From positions 1 through 64,000 of IMG/VR virus record IMGVR_UViG_3300033463_000089: DNA of 64,000 nt, one strand, 5' to 3'. Below, piece after piece: positions 1 through 8,901 of the stretch. Origin of the DNA: a virus. Under the pieces are notes generated by a model. The model was not told the DNA's origin, ran no database searches, and was given only the letters and a program-made list of their open reading frames with translations. Made by a program: the position numbers and the translations under genes. Numbering within the stretch: position 1 is the first letter of the stretch; the number at the start of each line of letters is the position of its first letter.

Positions 1-170
1 GAAATAGTAATATTAGCAGCAATCTGGTTGAATTGCTTTTTATATACATACACTTCATACCACTCACCAAGGTTATCATCTATAGCCTTGTAACTATAGC
101 TGAATATTATACGACTTGCATCTTCTTTTATGAGAGCAAAGTCTGTTCTGTTACCACATACTTTATTCAT
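1..170 (-). CDS. Hypothetical protein, 5' part only (continues past window start)
   Basis: ATG at 168-170 (minus), 16 nt after the stop of the fibre gene. Translates MNKVCGNRTDFALIKEDASRIIFSYSYKAIDDNLGEWYEVYVYKKQFNQ... and stays open to position 1. Not in the ORF track because it is truncated. Confidence 0.35.
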   Translation of the reverse strand, partial: MNKVCGNRTDFALIKEDASRIIFSYSYKAIDDNLGEWYEVYVYKKQFNQIAANITI

Positions 171-186
171 AGTTGTATTGTTTTAG

Positions 187-1236
187 TTACTGAACCGGGC
201 GGGCCGAAAAGCCGTCGAACCGAAAGCCGTTGCCCTGCGGCCAGACACCATCTGAGCGGAAGCTCAGAATCCTGCCGCCCGACTCTGAGCCAAGCGAGGA
301 AGCCCAGAAGTAGCCGTACGCACCACGGTCGTACCACGAGGAGCCGTAGCCGCCGCCTGAACAAGGAAAGAATAAGGTCTTACCATTGACCGTGGACTTT
401 AGCAATAAGCCAGTGACTCCGTTCACCGTCGTCAGCTTGTTGTCCTGAGCGACAGGAATGTCATCGCCGTTAGCGTCTATATAGGTAATATAATTGAACA
501 GTTCTCCGAACTCCCCCATTGTCGGCAGACGCCACGGAGCACCGCAGTTCACACGGGCAGCGTCAAAGCTTGTACTGATATCACCCGTCAGCGCAGCACC
601 CTGAGTGCTGGCATACGGGCCTGCATTGTCAGTACCGAAGTCATAGTCAAACGCATCTTGTGCATTCGGGTTATGGCCGTCAACGTTGCCCCATGAGAAG
701 AAGCTGCACGCATACTGGTAGATACTTGCGGCGAAGCCGTTAGGCTGCGTCACGTCGATATTCCGTGTGGCCCACAGCGTACCGCTGGGCAGACCCATAT
801 CGACATAGAGGTCGCTGGGCGAAGCACTCTGCTCCAAGCCGGAGAGTGAAATAATGTTGAAGTTGGTGCCGTCATACTGCATCACAGCCGTCATGCCAGC
901 ATTTATGACACCAGGCTGAATATTACCCCCGCCAATCTTGATGGCCTTGGCTCCCGTCGAAGAGATGTTCAGCGTAGCGTCTGGCACACTGATAGCCGTT
1001 GTGAAGCGGATAGCCACGATGCCGTTGGTAAGCAGAATGAAATTACTGATGGTGGCTGTACGTGCCGTGGTAGTGGCGGCGTTTGAGCTTGTGCCGTATG
1101 CCGTGCCGATAGAAGCCAGATTGGAGATAGTCTTTTGCTTGTCGGCTATCTCTAACTCCAGTACAGCAAACTTTGCTGCTGCCACCGTGGTTATCTTCTT
1201 TAACGAAAGTGCGAGTTCTCGAAGTTTTATCTTCAT
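187..1236 (-). CDS. Tail fibre / receptor-binding protein with C-terminal DUF1566/FISUMP-like domain
   Basis: Track ORF 187..1416 trimmed to the internal Met MKIKLRELALSLKKI (ATG 1234-1236), which matches the N-terminus of the upstream fibre gene. C-terminal motifs LWATRNI, PWRLPTMGEFGEL, YFWASS and GFSARPV resemble the DUF1566 / Fibrobacter-paralogous domain pattern. Confidence 0.6.
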   Translation of the reverse strand: MKIKLRELALSLKKITTVAAAKFAVLELEIADKQKTISNLASIGTAYGTSSNAATTTARTATISNFILLTNGIVAIRFTTAISVPDATLNISSTGAKAIKIGGGNIQPGVINAGMTAVMQYDGTNFNIISLSGLEQSASPSDLYVDMGLPSGTLWATRNIDVTQPNGFAASIYQYACSFFSWGNVDGHNPNAQDAFDYDFGTDNAGPYASTQGAALTGDISTSFDAARVNCGAPWRLPTMGEFGELFNYITYIDANGDDIPVAQDNKLTTVNGVTGLLLKSTVNGKTLFFPCSGGGYGSSWYDRGAYGYFWASSLGSESGGRILSFRSDGVWPQGNGFRFDGFSARPVQ

Positions 1237-1307
1237 GGCTACTAAACTTTTGCGTACAATAATAATAGGTGTGGCGGCAAAACCACACCCATGTCTTTCA
1301 ACTGATC

Positions 1308-2087
1308 TTAGGCGTCGGTCAGCGAATCGTCGAACCCGGAAGCATCGAAAGCATCCTTCAAGGCTTTCTCGGCCGTGTCGGCGACGGTCATGTTCGCCGG
1401 GTTGTAGCCGAACCACGACAGGATTTCCCCGTCGGTCACCACGTTAAGGTCCGAGGCGATATGCTCTTCCTGCTGCTTGCCTGCCACACTCTGCGCACCT
1501 GCTGCGGCATTGGTGGCCAGTGCCAGCTCCAGACCGCCCGACGTAATCGAGAGACCGTTGGTGTTTGTACCGAGGACGAGGCTAATCTGGTTGTTGCTCA
1601 CGCTGATGGCGCCGTTACCGCTGGTGTAGATGTCTATCAGCTCCGTCAGGTTCACGCTCAGATACTCGTTGGTGGCTGTGCCCGATTTGACGTTGACGGT
1701 GAAGATGGCCCACAGACCTGCGGCGTTCACGCCTGCTGGCGCTTCGTATGTCGTGACGGCATTGCCGTTCTCATGGGTAACGAAGAACTTACCAGTGTCG
1801 GCGCCCTCGCCCTCAACAACGGTGCAGCGCTTGACGCCCGTAACAAGGAAGTCCTTGGGTATGTCAATCTTACCGATAAGGTTCTTACCCGTTCCGGTGG
1901 CGACAACCTCGTTCTCGGTGCTCACGCCGATGGCTAAGATGTAGGTCTTCAGATAGCCACTCGTCGGCGTTCCGGCTTCAATGAGGTGCACTTCCGAGGC
2001 TTTGATGCGGTCCTCGGTGTATCGCTTTGCTGTCTTGCTGATTTTCTTCATGCGCAAGGCCAGCTCTTTCAATGTTATTTTTGTCAT
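1308..2087 (-). CDS. Tail fibre-like protein (paralogous N-terminal anchor)
   Basis: 259-aa ORF. The N-terminus MTKITLKELALRMKKIS parallels that of the downstream fibre. Gly/Thr/Asn-rich beta-type sequence within the fibre gene context. Confidence 0.5.
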   Translation of the reverse strand: MTKITLKELALRMKKISKTAKRYTEDRIKASEVHLIEAGTPTSGYLKTYILAIGVSTENEVVATGTGKNLIGKIDIPKDFLVTGVKRCTVVEGEGADTGKFFVTHENGNAVTTYEAPAGVNAAGLWAIFTVNVKSGTATNEYLSVNLTELIDIYTSGNGAISVSNNQISLVLGTNTNGLSITSGGLELALATNAAAGAQSVAGKQQEEHIASDLNVVTDGEILSWFGYNPANMTVADTAEKALKDAFDASGFDDSLTDA

Positions 2088-2115
2088 AACAGGCTGTATT
2101 TAAGGGTTTATATTA

Positions 2116-2508
2116 TTATTCTTCTTCGTCCGGTCCGTAAAACCATCGCTCTATGTCTGCGTCCGTCAAGTCGCCCACAAGCTCACGGTACAGGTCACCT
2201 GTAATCGCGGCAGCGGCGGCAAGGGCATCCCCGGCAGCGTTACGCGCCTCTTCTACCAGTCCCTGCAGCTCACTCTCCAGCCGTGACAAATCTGTGATAG
2301 CCTCCGGCGCAAGCTGCTCATGGCCTACCGCCCCCGGTGCTATCTTCTCCGCCGTCACCGCCTCGTCGGCAATCTTTTCGGAAGTGATAGCACCATCGCG
2401 TATATCGTCACGCTCAACCAAAGGAATCTTGTGGCCGAGGTGCAAATCTTCATGCCCAAAGAACGGGTCTTTATTCGGATTGAGCTGCTGTTCTGCGAAT
2501 GTAGGCAT
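2116..2508 (-). CDS. Fibre-associated protein with short (D/E)xA(I/V)TxEKIA repeats
   Basis: 130-aa ORF with the repeats IRDGAITSEKIADEAVTAEKIAPGAV, typical of phage fibre shafts. Same operon as the fibres. Confidence 0.45.
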   Translation of the reverse strand: MPTFAEQQLNPNKDPFFGHEDLHLGHKIPLVERDDIRDGAITSEKIADEAVTAEKIAPGAVGHEQLAPEAITDLSRLESELQGLVEEARNAAGDALAAAAAITGDLYRELVGDLTDADIERWFYGPDEEE

Positions 2509-2782
2509 ATTCTATATTGATTGGTATGTCGGTTAGGAATATCTTGATATATCGGCTTTCAGTTGCGCCGTAGATTCTCACATTAAACTTCGGTCCTTTC
2601 CATCGTGTAATGAGTGCTTTCGGCCACGGGCCGTTTTCCGTTTCGCTTTTCTTGATAACCAACCTACCTTTCTTTGGTAGGGTTACTTCGAGCCAGCAGT
2701 CATTGTCTATACACAGAGTTTCTGAAACCCATGCGTTGTCCTGTTGGCTCCAAGCACCTGTTATGGTTATCATCTCACTCAT
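2471..2782 (-). CDS. Hypothetical virion-module protein
   Basis: 103-aa ORF. ATGA-type overlap with the upstream gene at 2779-2782 and a 38-nt overlap with the downstream gene. Confidence 0.4.
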   Translation of the reverse strand: MSEMITITGAWSQQDNAWVSETLCIDNDCWLEVTLPKKGRLVIKKSETENGPWPKALITRWKGPKFNVRIYGATESRYIKIFLTDIPINIEYAYIRRTAAQSE

Positions 2783-3519
2783 CCTTCTGTCCTCCCGAGA
2801 TTCATCTTGGCTATTGCCAACATATTGGTTGCTCTTGCGTCGTTATAGGCACTCAGTAAGAGGTAAGCAAGGTAATAGATGAAACTTGTCTTGGCTAACG
2901 GGGGAATGGCAACGGTCTCATTCTCGTTGCTCGGGTCTGCAACGACGGTTAAAGGGCTGACGATGCAGGTAAACTCAAACTTCTCTGCCGACGGCCAACA
3001 CTCCAGTTCTTTCCTTGCTTTCTCGATTAAAGCAGCCTGCGGCCTGTCTGCCGTGGCATAAGCTGATGTAGGGTCGTGGAGTTTCAGATAATCGTCGGAG
3101 TCCTCTGCAATAAGCGTCTTACCGCTCACGGCCCTGTGCCATGTATTACCTCTTACACGGATTAGCTTAATGAAGTTAGCCGGGAGTACAAAGCGGTTAG
3201 ATGCTACGCTCGAAGGTGCGCCGTCGATAACACCTGCTTGGTTGTCGTTGACTGATGATGACGGTGTAATGCTACCTTCATAGACGATTCCTGTGTCTGA
3301 ACCGCCCGTATCTGTTCCTGTAAGTAGCTCTGCAGGGGCATACAGACACACCCATCTGAGTGCATCACCTATCTTTGACACGATGATATGGTTCATCAGT
3401 CCCGTATCGGTCTTACCGCCGTCAAAGTCATACGCCGATGCGTTGACAAGATTAGCCACATTAACAGCTTCCTCGTCAATGCACCAGCGTACCGCTTTAA
3501 TAATCTCGTTTATCTTCAT
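2779..3519 (-). CDS. Hypothetical virion protein (possible head-tail adaptor)
   Basis: 246-aa ORF placed between the capsid and fibre genes. No diagnostic motif, so the function is positional only. Confidence 0.45.
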   Translation of the reverse strand: MKINEIIKAVRWCIDEEAVNVANLVNASAYDFDGGKTDTGLMNHIIVSKIGDALRWVCLYAPAELLTGTDTGGSDTGIVYEGSITPSSSVNDNQAGVIDGAPSSVASNRFVLPANFIKLIRVRGNTWHRAVSGKTLIAEDSDDYLKLHDPTSAYATADRPQAALIEKARKELECWPSAEKFEFTCIVSPLTVVADPSNENETVAIPPLAKTSFIYYLAYLLLSAYNDARATNMLAIAKMNLGRTEG

Positions 3520-3524
3520 GTGAC

Positions 3525-3770
3525 TTAAACGATAGCAACAGCCTTAACCTCGGTCCATGCGCCTGTGGTCGTTCCCGTAGAAACATACAGCTTCTGTGTC
3601 GAGGTGTTGAAATACAGAAGGTTCTTGGCAGTAGGCTTGTTGGCCTCGGTTGTCAAGTCCTTCGTTCCCTGCTGAACAATGTTGTCAATCTTTGCCGTCT
3701 GTGCGGCGTCGGTGGCGTTCTGTGCGGTCTGCACTTCGAGCGCCTTCAATCGGTCTCTGTAGGCTCCCAT
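3525..3770 (-). CDS. Hypothetical small virion-module protein
   Basis: 81-aa ORF tightly packed in the operon (5-nt and 2-nt gaps). Confidence 0.5.
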   Translation of the reverse strand: MGAYRDRLKALEVQTAQNATDAAQTAKIDNIVQQGTKDLTTEANKPTAKNLLYFNTSTQKLYVSTGTTTGAWTEVKAVAIV

Positions 3771-3772
3771 AA

Positions 3773-4171
3773 TTATTTGTCTTTGTTAAGTGAAAGATTC
3801 GGGAAATCATATCCCCGGCCCTTGGCGTATGCCAAAGCTGCCTCGGGGCGCTGATAGACCTTCTCCAGCTTGGTAGCTACGAACTCCAAGAGCTGCTCGG
3901 GAGAAGTAATGTCTTCAATAGAGGTGGACTGCTTTTCTACGGTCTTCTCGCCGCCCTCGTCTGTACGGACAAGAACAACATAACCATCACGGAAAGCGTC
4001 GCTCGATTCAAGCAAATCCTGGGAGTATTGCGATTTCAGCATAATCGTCGCAGGCTTACCTGTCAACGGGTCGCCGCCGGAGAAGTTGAAACGCTGGGAG
4101 TTACCAGTCTTTCCGCGGAGTACCATGCTGCAGTTCCTTAGCTTGCTTGTCAGTTTGTATGTCTTAATCAT
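3773..4171 (-). CDS. Hypothetical virion-module protein
   Basis: 132-aa ORF directly downstream of the putative capsid gene. Confidence 0.5.
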   Translation of the reverse strand: MIKTYKLTSKLRNCSMVLRGKTGNSQRFNFSGGDPLTGKPATIMLKSQYSQDLLESSDAFRDGYVVLVRTDEGGEKTVEKQSTSIEDITSPEQLLEFVATKLEKVYQRPEAALAYAKGRGYDFPNLSLNKDK

Positions 4172-4247
4172 AACTTGTTGTTTTTGAAATTAAAAAAAGC
4201 ACGCGGGCAGTGGACTTACCCACTGCCTTTGTGCCCATCGGTTATAG

Positions 4248-5933
4248 TTATGCTGCGATGTCAGTGCCGGTGTACTCTTCCCACTTCTCGCCGTCGTAGA
4301 TGTAAACCTTACCCTTCTCGTAGGTTACATCGGGGTCGTCGTTCTCACCTGCTACGATGTAGTCAGCGGTAAGGGCAATCTTCATGTTGGTAGCCGGAGT
4401 GTCGGGCAGCTTGTTTGCGCTGACGATGTAGTTAATGACACCCTCAGACATCATATTGAAGATACCACCCTCGGGGCCTACCATGATAGAGTTGTAACCC
4501 TTCAAGGCAACGGCGTCGGTGTCATACTCCCAATGTGTCTTGGCAAGACGGATGTCGCCTGCGCCCTTCGACATATCGTTGGTACGGCTCTTAGTACCCT
4601 CCTTGATGTAGTGAACGGCGTTATCCATGTCGAGGATAAACATATAGTCGGCCAAGCCCATGAAGTCGAGCGTCTGATCCCAAATGAAGTTAATCTCACC
4701 GAAGGTGTCCTTGAACTTCTTGAAGGTCAAATCGAACTCTGACTCTACGCTCATGTGAATCTGGCGGTTCTGTCCGGGATTGATGTTCTCCAGACGCTCG
4801 ATAGCGTTCTTACCGCAGAAAGCGAAGGCGCGGTTAGAGGTGGCAAAGTCGGTGAACTGCAGCTTAGACAGAGCAATAAGGTCGCTCAGAGTGTACTCGT
4901 CGCCAATGGCGTAGTGGTTGGGAATCTGTGACATCAGACCCTCAGAATAGAACACGTCCTCTACAGAACCGTCCTCATTCATACGCTTACGCTTGGCCTT
5001 GACACCGAACCAGTAACCACGCTCTACGCGCATATCGTCCTTGATAGAGGCATCTTCCAAGAGGTTGGCAACCTTGACGGGATACTTCTTCTTGGCAACC
5101 TCGAACTCATCGGTAAAGGTGACGTTCCAACCGTGCTTCTGCAGGTAGACCTCACGCTCACGGGGCTGGAAGTTGTCGGGAGTAACGAGAAGCTGGCTCT
5201 CACTCATAGCGTTCCACATACCGACGATGTAAGCACCGGCAGCGATGGCGGGAACGGTCTGATAGTCGTACTCGTCGCCCGTCTGACCCTCTGTTGCGGC
5301 AGGGCCGTTGATAGCCTGCAGCGTTACGCCGGTCTTGTCGCGCTCGATAACCTCCAATACGAGGAAGTTGCCGTCGTGCTCTGACTGCGAACCGGGTTTG
5401 AAACCACCCATAGAAGGAATGGCAAGCAGGTCGTACTTACGGAACACAAGCAGATTACCCGAGAAGTTGCTCTTGGTAAGCTTGATGGTTGCACCTGCGC
5501 TGATGTTGGTCGTTACGGTGCCGTCCAGAGTCTCACCGCCTACACGGGCGTGCATGATAGAGTAATTGGTAACGCTCTGCGTCTTTGATACGCGGCTCAG
5601 AATACGCAGGAAAGGAACCTTATAGGGGCGAATCTGAGTAATTTTCTCTTCACGCTCCTGGTCCTCCAAACCACCCTCACGAATCTGGGTGGCAGAAGCC
5701 TGCGTACCTGTCAAGTCCTGACCGGCCTTGTCGCCACCGGGCATCTGACGGTCATTTACATCTTCGTCGGCAGGCTCATGGTCTGCGGCGGGATCGGCCT
5801 GCTGCATATTGTCGGTAGCAGGGTTCTCAATAGTGCCGACAGCCATTGCGCCGCCGCCACACATGATTGCGACTACTGCAAGCATATAGCTCAGCACTCG
5901 CCAAAAGGAATGATACTTTTTCATGTTGTACAT
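4248..5933 (-). CDS. Putative major capsid protein (positional call)
   Basis: 561 aa, the largest ORF of the head operon. It lies immediately downstream of an acidic scaffold-like gene and behind a late-type promoter. I can name no motif-level proof. The N-terminus is unusually hydrophobic. Confidence 0.45.
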   Translation of the reverse strand: MYNMKKYHSFWRVLSYMLAVVAIMCGGGAMAVGTIENPATDNMQQADPAADHEPADEDVNDRQMPGGDKAGQDLTGTQASATQIREGGLEDQEREEKITQIRPYKVPFLRILSRVSKTQSVTNYSIMHARVGGETLDGTVTTNISAGATIKLTKSNFSGNLLVFRKYDLLAIPSMGGFKPGSQSEHDGNFLVLEVIERDKTGVTLQAINGPAATEGQTGDEYDYQTVPAIAAGAYIVGMWNAMSESQLLVTPDNFQPREREVYLQKHGWNVTFTDEFEVAKKKYPVKVANLLEDASIKDDMRVERGYWFGVKAKRKRMNEDGSVEDVFYSEGLMSQIPNHYAIGDEYTLSDLIALSKLQFTDFATSNRAFAFCGKNAIERLENINPGQNRQIHMSVESEFDLTFKKFKDTFGEINFIWDQTLDFMGLADYMFILDMDNAVHYIKEGTKSRTNDMSKGAGDIRLAKTHWEYDTDAVALKGYNSIMVGPEGGIFNMMSEGVINYIVSANKLPDTPATNMKIALTADYIVAGENDDPDVTYEKGKVYIYDGEKWEEYTGTDIAA

Positions 5934-5954
5934 TGTTTATTAATAAATAATGAA

Positions 5955-6749
5955 TTAGGAATTGCGTTTCACGAAGTCCATCAGACTCTCTTTCTTGTTA
6001 CCTCTCGGAGTCGCGTTCTGACCGCCACCCTGCGAGAACGTGGGAGGCACTTGCTTCTCTTCGAAGTTCTTCACTTTGTTGGCGTGCTTCTCGTTACGCG
6101 CTTGGATAGCGGCTTCCTCTCGGGCGTTTGCCATATCCTGGTCGTAGTTCATGGCGTGCATGATGGCAGTCCAAGTGTCCTTGCTTACCTCTCCACTCCA
6201 TGCTGGGAGCCAAACTTCATCCCAGAAGTACTCCAGCATACGGTTCTTTTGCTCGTCGCTGATACCGTACTCCTGCTGCAGAGCGTCAAGCGTCTCGATG
6301 CTGTTGGCGATGGCGGCGTCTTTGGCGGCTTCTGCGGCTTCACCTTCGGCCTGCCGCTTCGTCCATTCGCCGAAACCATCTGTCACCTGCTGCATCACTT
6401 CGGGGTCATCCAAAGCAGCCTTGATGTCGATGCCGTTCTTTGCCATCCACACAAGGGGGTTTTCCTCATCGTCCTGCAGCATAGCACCAAGCCAGCGGTG
6501 CTTGTCGAGAATACCGGAGAGTTTCTTACCGCTTTCTTTCAGCTTGCGGTAACCTTCGCGCTCTTCGGCCATACGGCCATAACGGGCTTCCTTATCCTCA
6601 AAGTCTACGTCGGGATTGTCCTCGCCAAACATTGAGGCATACTTGTCGCGGTTCGGGCGCGGTGCTGGCTGTTCAACAGCAGCATTATCAGTAGGCTGGG
6701 TCTGCACCTCGGCCTCCTGATTCACCTTTTCTTTGTTCTTTTTGTCCAT
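5955..6749 (-). CDS. Putative scaffolding protein
   Basis: Track ORF trimmed to MDKKNKEKVNQ (ATG 6747-6749), 19 nt downstream of a -7 box. Acidic and E/K/A/Q-rich, predicted helical. First gene of the head operon. Confidence 0.45.
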   Translation of the reverse strand: MDKKNKEKVNQEAEVQTQPTDNAAVEQPAPRPNRDKYASMFGEDNPDVDFEDKEARYGRMAEEREGYRKLKESGKKLSGILDKHRWLGAMLQDDEENPLVWMAKNGIDIKAALDDPEVMQQVTDGFGEWTKRQAEGEAAEAAKDAAIANSIETLDALQQEYGISDEQKNRMLEYFWDEVWLPAWSGEVSKDTWTAIMHAMNYDQDMANAREEAAIQARNEKHANKVKNFEEKQVPPTFSQGGGQNATPRGNKKESLMDFVKRNS

Positions 6750-6768
6750 AATAAAAAGATTTACAGCG

Positions 6769-6810
6769 CAAATATCTGAAATTCTGAAAAGGTCTTTTCC
6801 TCGTCTCGGA
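6769..6810 (-). promoter_or_regulatory. Late-type promoter 1 (scaffold/capsid/fibre operon)
   Basis: The minus strand reads TCCGAGACGAGGAAAA (6810-6795), an 18-nt spacer, then GATATTTG (6776-6769). ATG lies 19 nt downstream. Confidence 0.6.
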
Positions 6811-6869
6811 CAACACATTTTTAGATATTGCTAAATAAGCTTAATTACTCAATAAGGCAAAATCTACTA

Positions 6870-6911
6870 TCCGAGACGAGGAAAACCACAGACCGCAAAA
6901 ACCTATCTTTG
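6870..6911 (+). promoter_or_regulatory. Late-type promoter 2 (portal operon)
   Basis: TCCGAGACGAGGAAAA (6870-6885), an 18-nt spacer, then TATCTTTG (6904-6911). ATG lies 22 nt downstream. Confidence 0.6.
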
Positions 6912-6933
6912 CCCGCATAAATACAGAACTTAT

Positions 6934-8901
6934 ATGGCCAAGATTCGTTCTCTGTCACAGGTAATGCCGCATGGATTGCACGACTCCGTAAAGAGCCGTA
7001 AGCAAATGCGCACTACCGATATAGCTATACATCGCCGCAGACACCAAGACCACGACCTTTTCCGTCGCTGCGAACAGGCGTGGAACAACAAGGAAAACAT
7101 ACGACGAACCCGTGAGCGTGTTCTGAAATATGTCTACGAAGACCAGTGGGGCGATATTATCGAATACAAGGGCGGACACATTACCGAGCGTCGCTATATT
7201 CAGCGAAAGGGTAATGTTCCCTTGCAGAACAATATCATGATTTCCATACAGAACTCTATCGTTGGTCTGTATGCGAAACAAGCTGGCGAGCCTAACTGCT
7301 TTGCCGTCAAGAAGGATGGGCAATGGCTCTCTGACATGATGAGTGCCACCATGCAGACGAATTGGGTGAAGACCAAGCAGGCCGGCGCACTAAAGAATTG
7401 CTTTGAAGATTATATCGACGGCGGTGTGGCTGTCGCCCGAGAAACTTATGACGAAAGAGACGGCAGGCTTGACGCTTGGACGGACTTTATCAATCCTAAC
7501 TACGCTTTTTGGGAGGCCGGTTCTGATGTGCGCATGACGGACTTGCGCATGATAGGCGTCTTGCATGATGTAGCACCCGGTCAGCTTTACCGTCAGTTCT
7601 GTAATCGTCAGTTTGGTTGGACGTTCGAAGAGATTAACGATGTGTTCAACATCAATTCCGACGAGTACCACCGCTTCTATCGTTCTTCCAACCTGCAGCA
7701 GAATGAGCAGGACAAACTTGATTCTGTCTCATTTGAAAAGCCGTCTGACAATTCCCTTTGCAGACTGATTGAGGTTTGGACGAGAGAATCGAAGACACGC
7801 TATCAGTGCTACGACCCCATCGCAGAGAACGCTGACGAGGTGGAGTATCGTGTGGAGATTAAGGACATTTGGCACGTTCAGCAGGAGAACCAAGAGCGCA
7901 TCCGTCAGTGCCAGGAGGTGGGTATGCCCGAAGAGGATTGGCCGCTTATTCAGTACGAACTGATTGAGGATGAATATTGGTACTATACCTTCATGGCCCC
8001 CGATGGTACGGTGATAGCCGAGGGTGAGACACCTTACGAATCCCATTCCCACCCCTTCACAATCAAGCTCTATCCCTATATCAATGCCGAGGTACACCCG
8101 TTCATGGGTAACATCATCGACCAGCAGCGATACATCAACCGCCTTATCATCATGCACGACATGGCGGCTCGTTTTGCAGCAAAGGGCCTTACCATCTTCC
8201 CCGTAGAGAATATCCCGGACGATATGAACAAGGAGGACATTGCAGAGGAAATGACGGAGTATGACGGAATCTTGTTTATTCAGACCAACAAGATAGACCC
8301 GAAAGTACGCCCCGAGGTTATTTCCCACGGTGCTGTGCAGATTGGTACACAGGAACTCCTGCAGATGGAACTCAACCTTGCAAGGGATATTACCAACGTA
8401 TCAGGTGCGCTTCAAGGCAAGACACCTTCTGCCGGTACGTCAGCAGCGCGTTACGCACAAGAGACGCAGAACGCCACCACGTCACTTGCTTCTCTCTTGC
8501 AGGACTTCACGCAGTTCACTGAGGACATTGCACAGAAGAAGTGCATGATGATTAAGCAGTACTACCGCAAGGGACGCTTGGTTACCAACAAAGACAAGTC
8601 GGCTCTTATCGAATACGATAACCTCTCTGCACGCGACGTTGACTTTGAAATCAATATCAAGGAGTCTGCGGCTACGGCGGCTTTCCAGACTTACATGAAC
8701 GATACGGCCATGCAGCTACTCCAGTTGGGAGTTATCAATGTCAAGCAGTATCTCTCGGCTGTCAACCTGCCGTTTGCCGATGACCTCCTGCAGCTTATCG
8801 AGCGCGACGAGGCACAGCAGATGGCTATGCAGCAGCTTGCAGCACAAAGTCCCGACATGGGCGCAGTCAATAACGCACAACAAATGTTACAGGCAGCATG
8901 A
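6934..8901 (+). CDS. Putative portal protein
   Basis: 655-aa ORF, first gene of the plus-strand virion operon, divergent from the capsid operon. Size and position fit a portal. No database confirmation. Confidence 0.5.
   Translation: MAKIRSLSQVMPHGLHDSVKSRKQMRTTDIAIHRRRHQDHDLFRRCEQAWNNKENIRRTRERVLKYVYEDQWGDIIEYKGGHITERRYIQRKGNVPLQNNIMISIQNSIVGLYAKQAGEPNCFAVKKDGQWLSDMMSATMQTNWVKTKQAGALKNCFEDYIDGGVAVARETYDERDGRLDAWTDFINPNYAFWEAGSDVRMTDLRMIGVLHDVAPGQLYRQFCNRQFGWTFEEINDVFNINSDEYHRFYRSSNLQQNEQDKLDSVSFEKPSDNSLCRLIEVWTRESKTRYQCYDPIAENADEVEYRVEIKDIWHVQQENQERIRQCQEVGMPEEDWPLIQYELIEDEYWYYTFMAPDGTVIAEGETPYESHSHPFTIKLYPYINAEVHPFMGNIIDQQRYINRLIIMHDMAARFAAKGLTIFPVENIPDDMNKEDIAEEMTEYDGILFIQTNKIDPKVRPEVISHGAVQIGTQELLQMELNLARDITNVSGALQGKTPSAGTSAARYAQETQNATTSLASLLQDFTQFTEDIAQKKCMMIKQYYRKGRLVTNKDKSALIEYDNLSARDVDFEINIKESAATAAFQTYMNDTAMQLLQLGVINVKQYLSAVNLPFADDLLQLIERDEAQQMAMQQLAAQSPDMGAVNNAQQMLQAA

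Noticed and set aside
187-1416. Full-length 409-aa version of the fibre ORF, and overlapping ORFs 33-389 (+), 167-364 (-), 938-1447 (+), 1269-1937 (+).
   Set aside because: The first 60 codons are Arg-rich and overlap the 3' end of the upstream fibre gene. The internal Met gives an N-terminus homologous to the neighbouring fibre. The other ORFs are GC-rich off-frame or antisense artefacts.
5778-6635. 285-aa plus-strand ORF.
   Set aside because: It is antisense to the capsid N-terminus and the scaffold-like gene. The operon structure and the late promoter support the minus strand.
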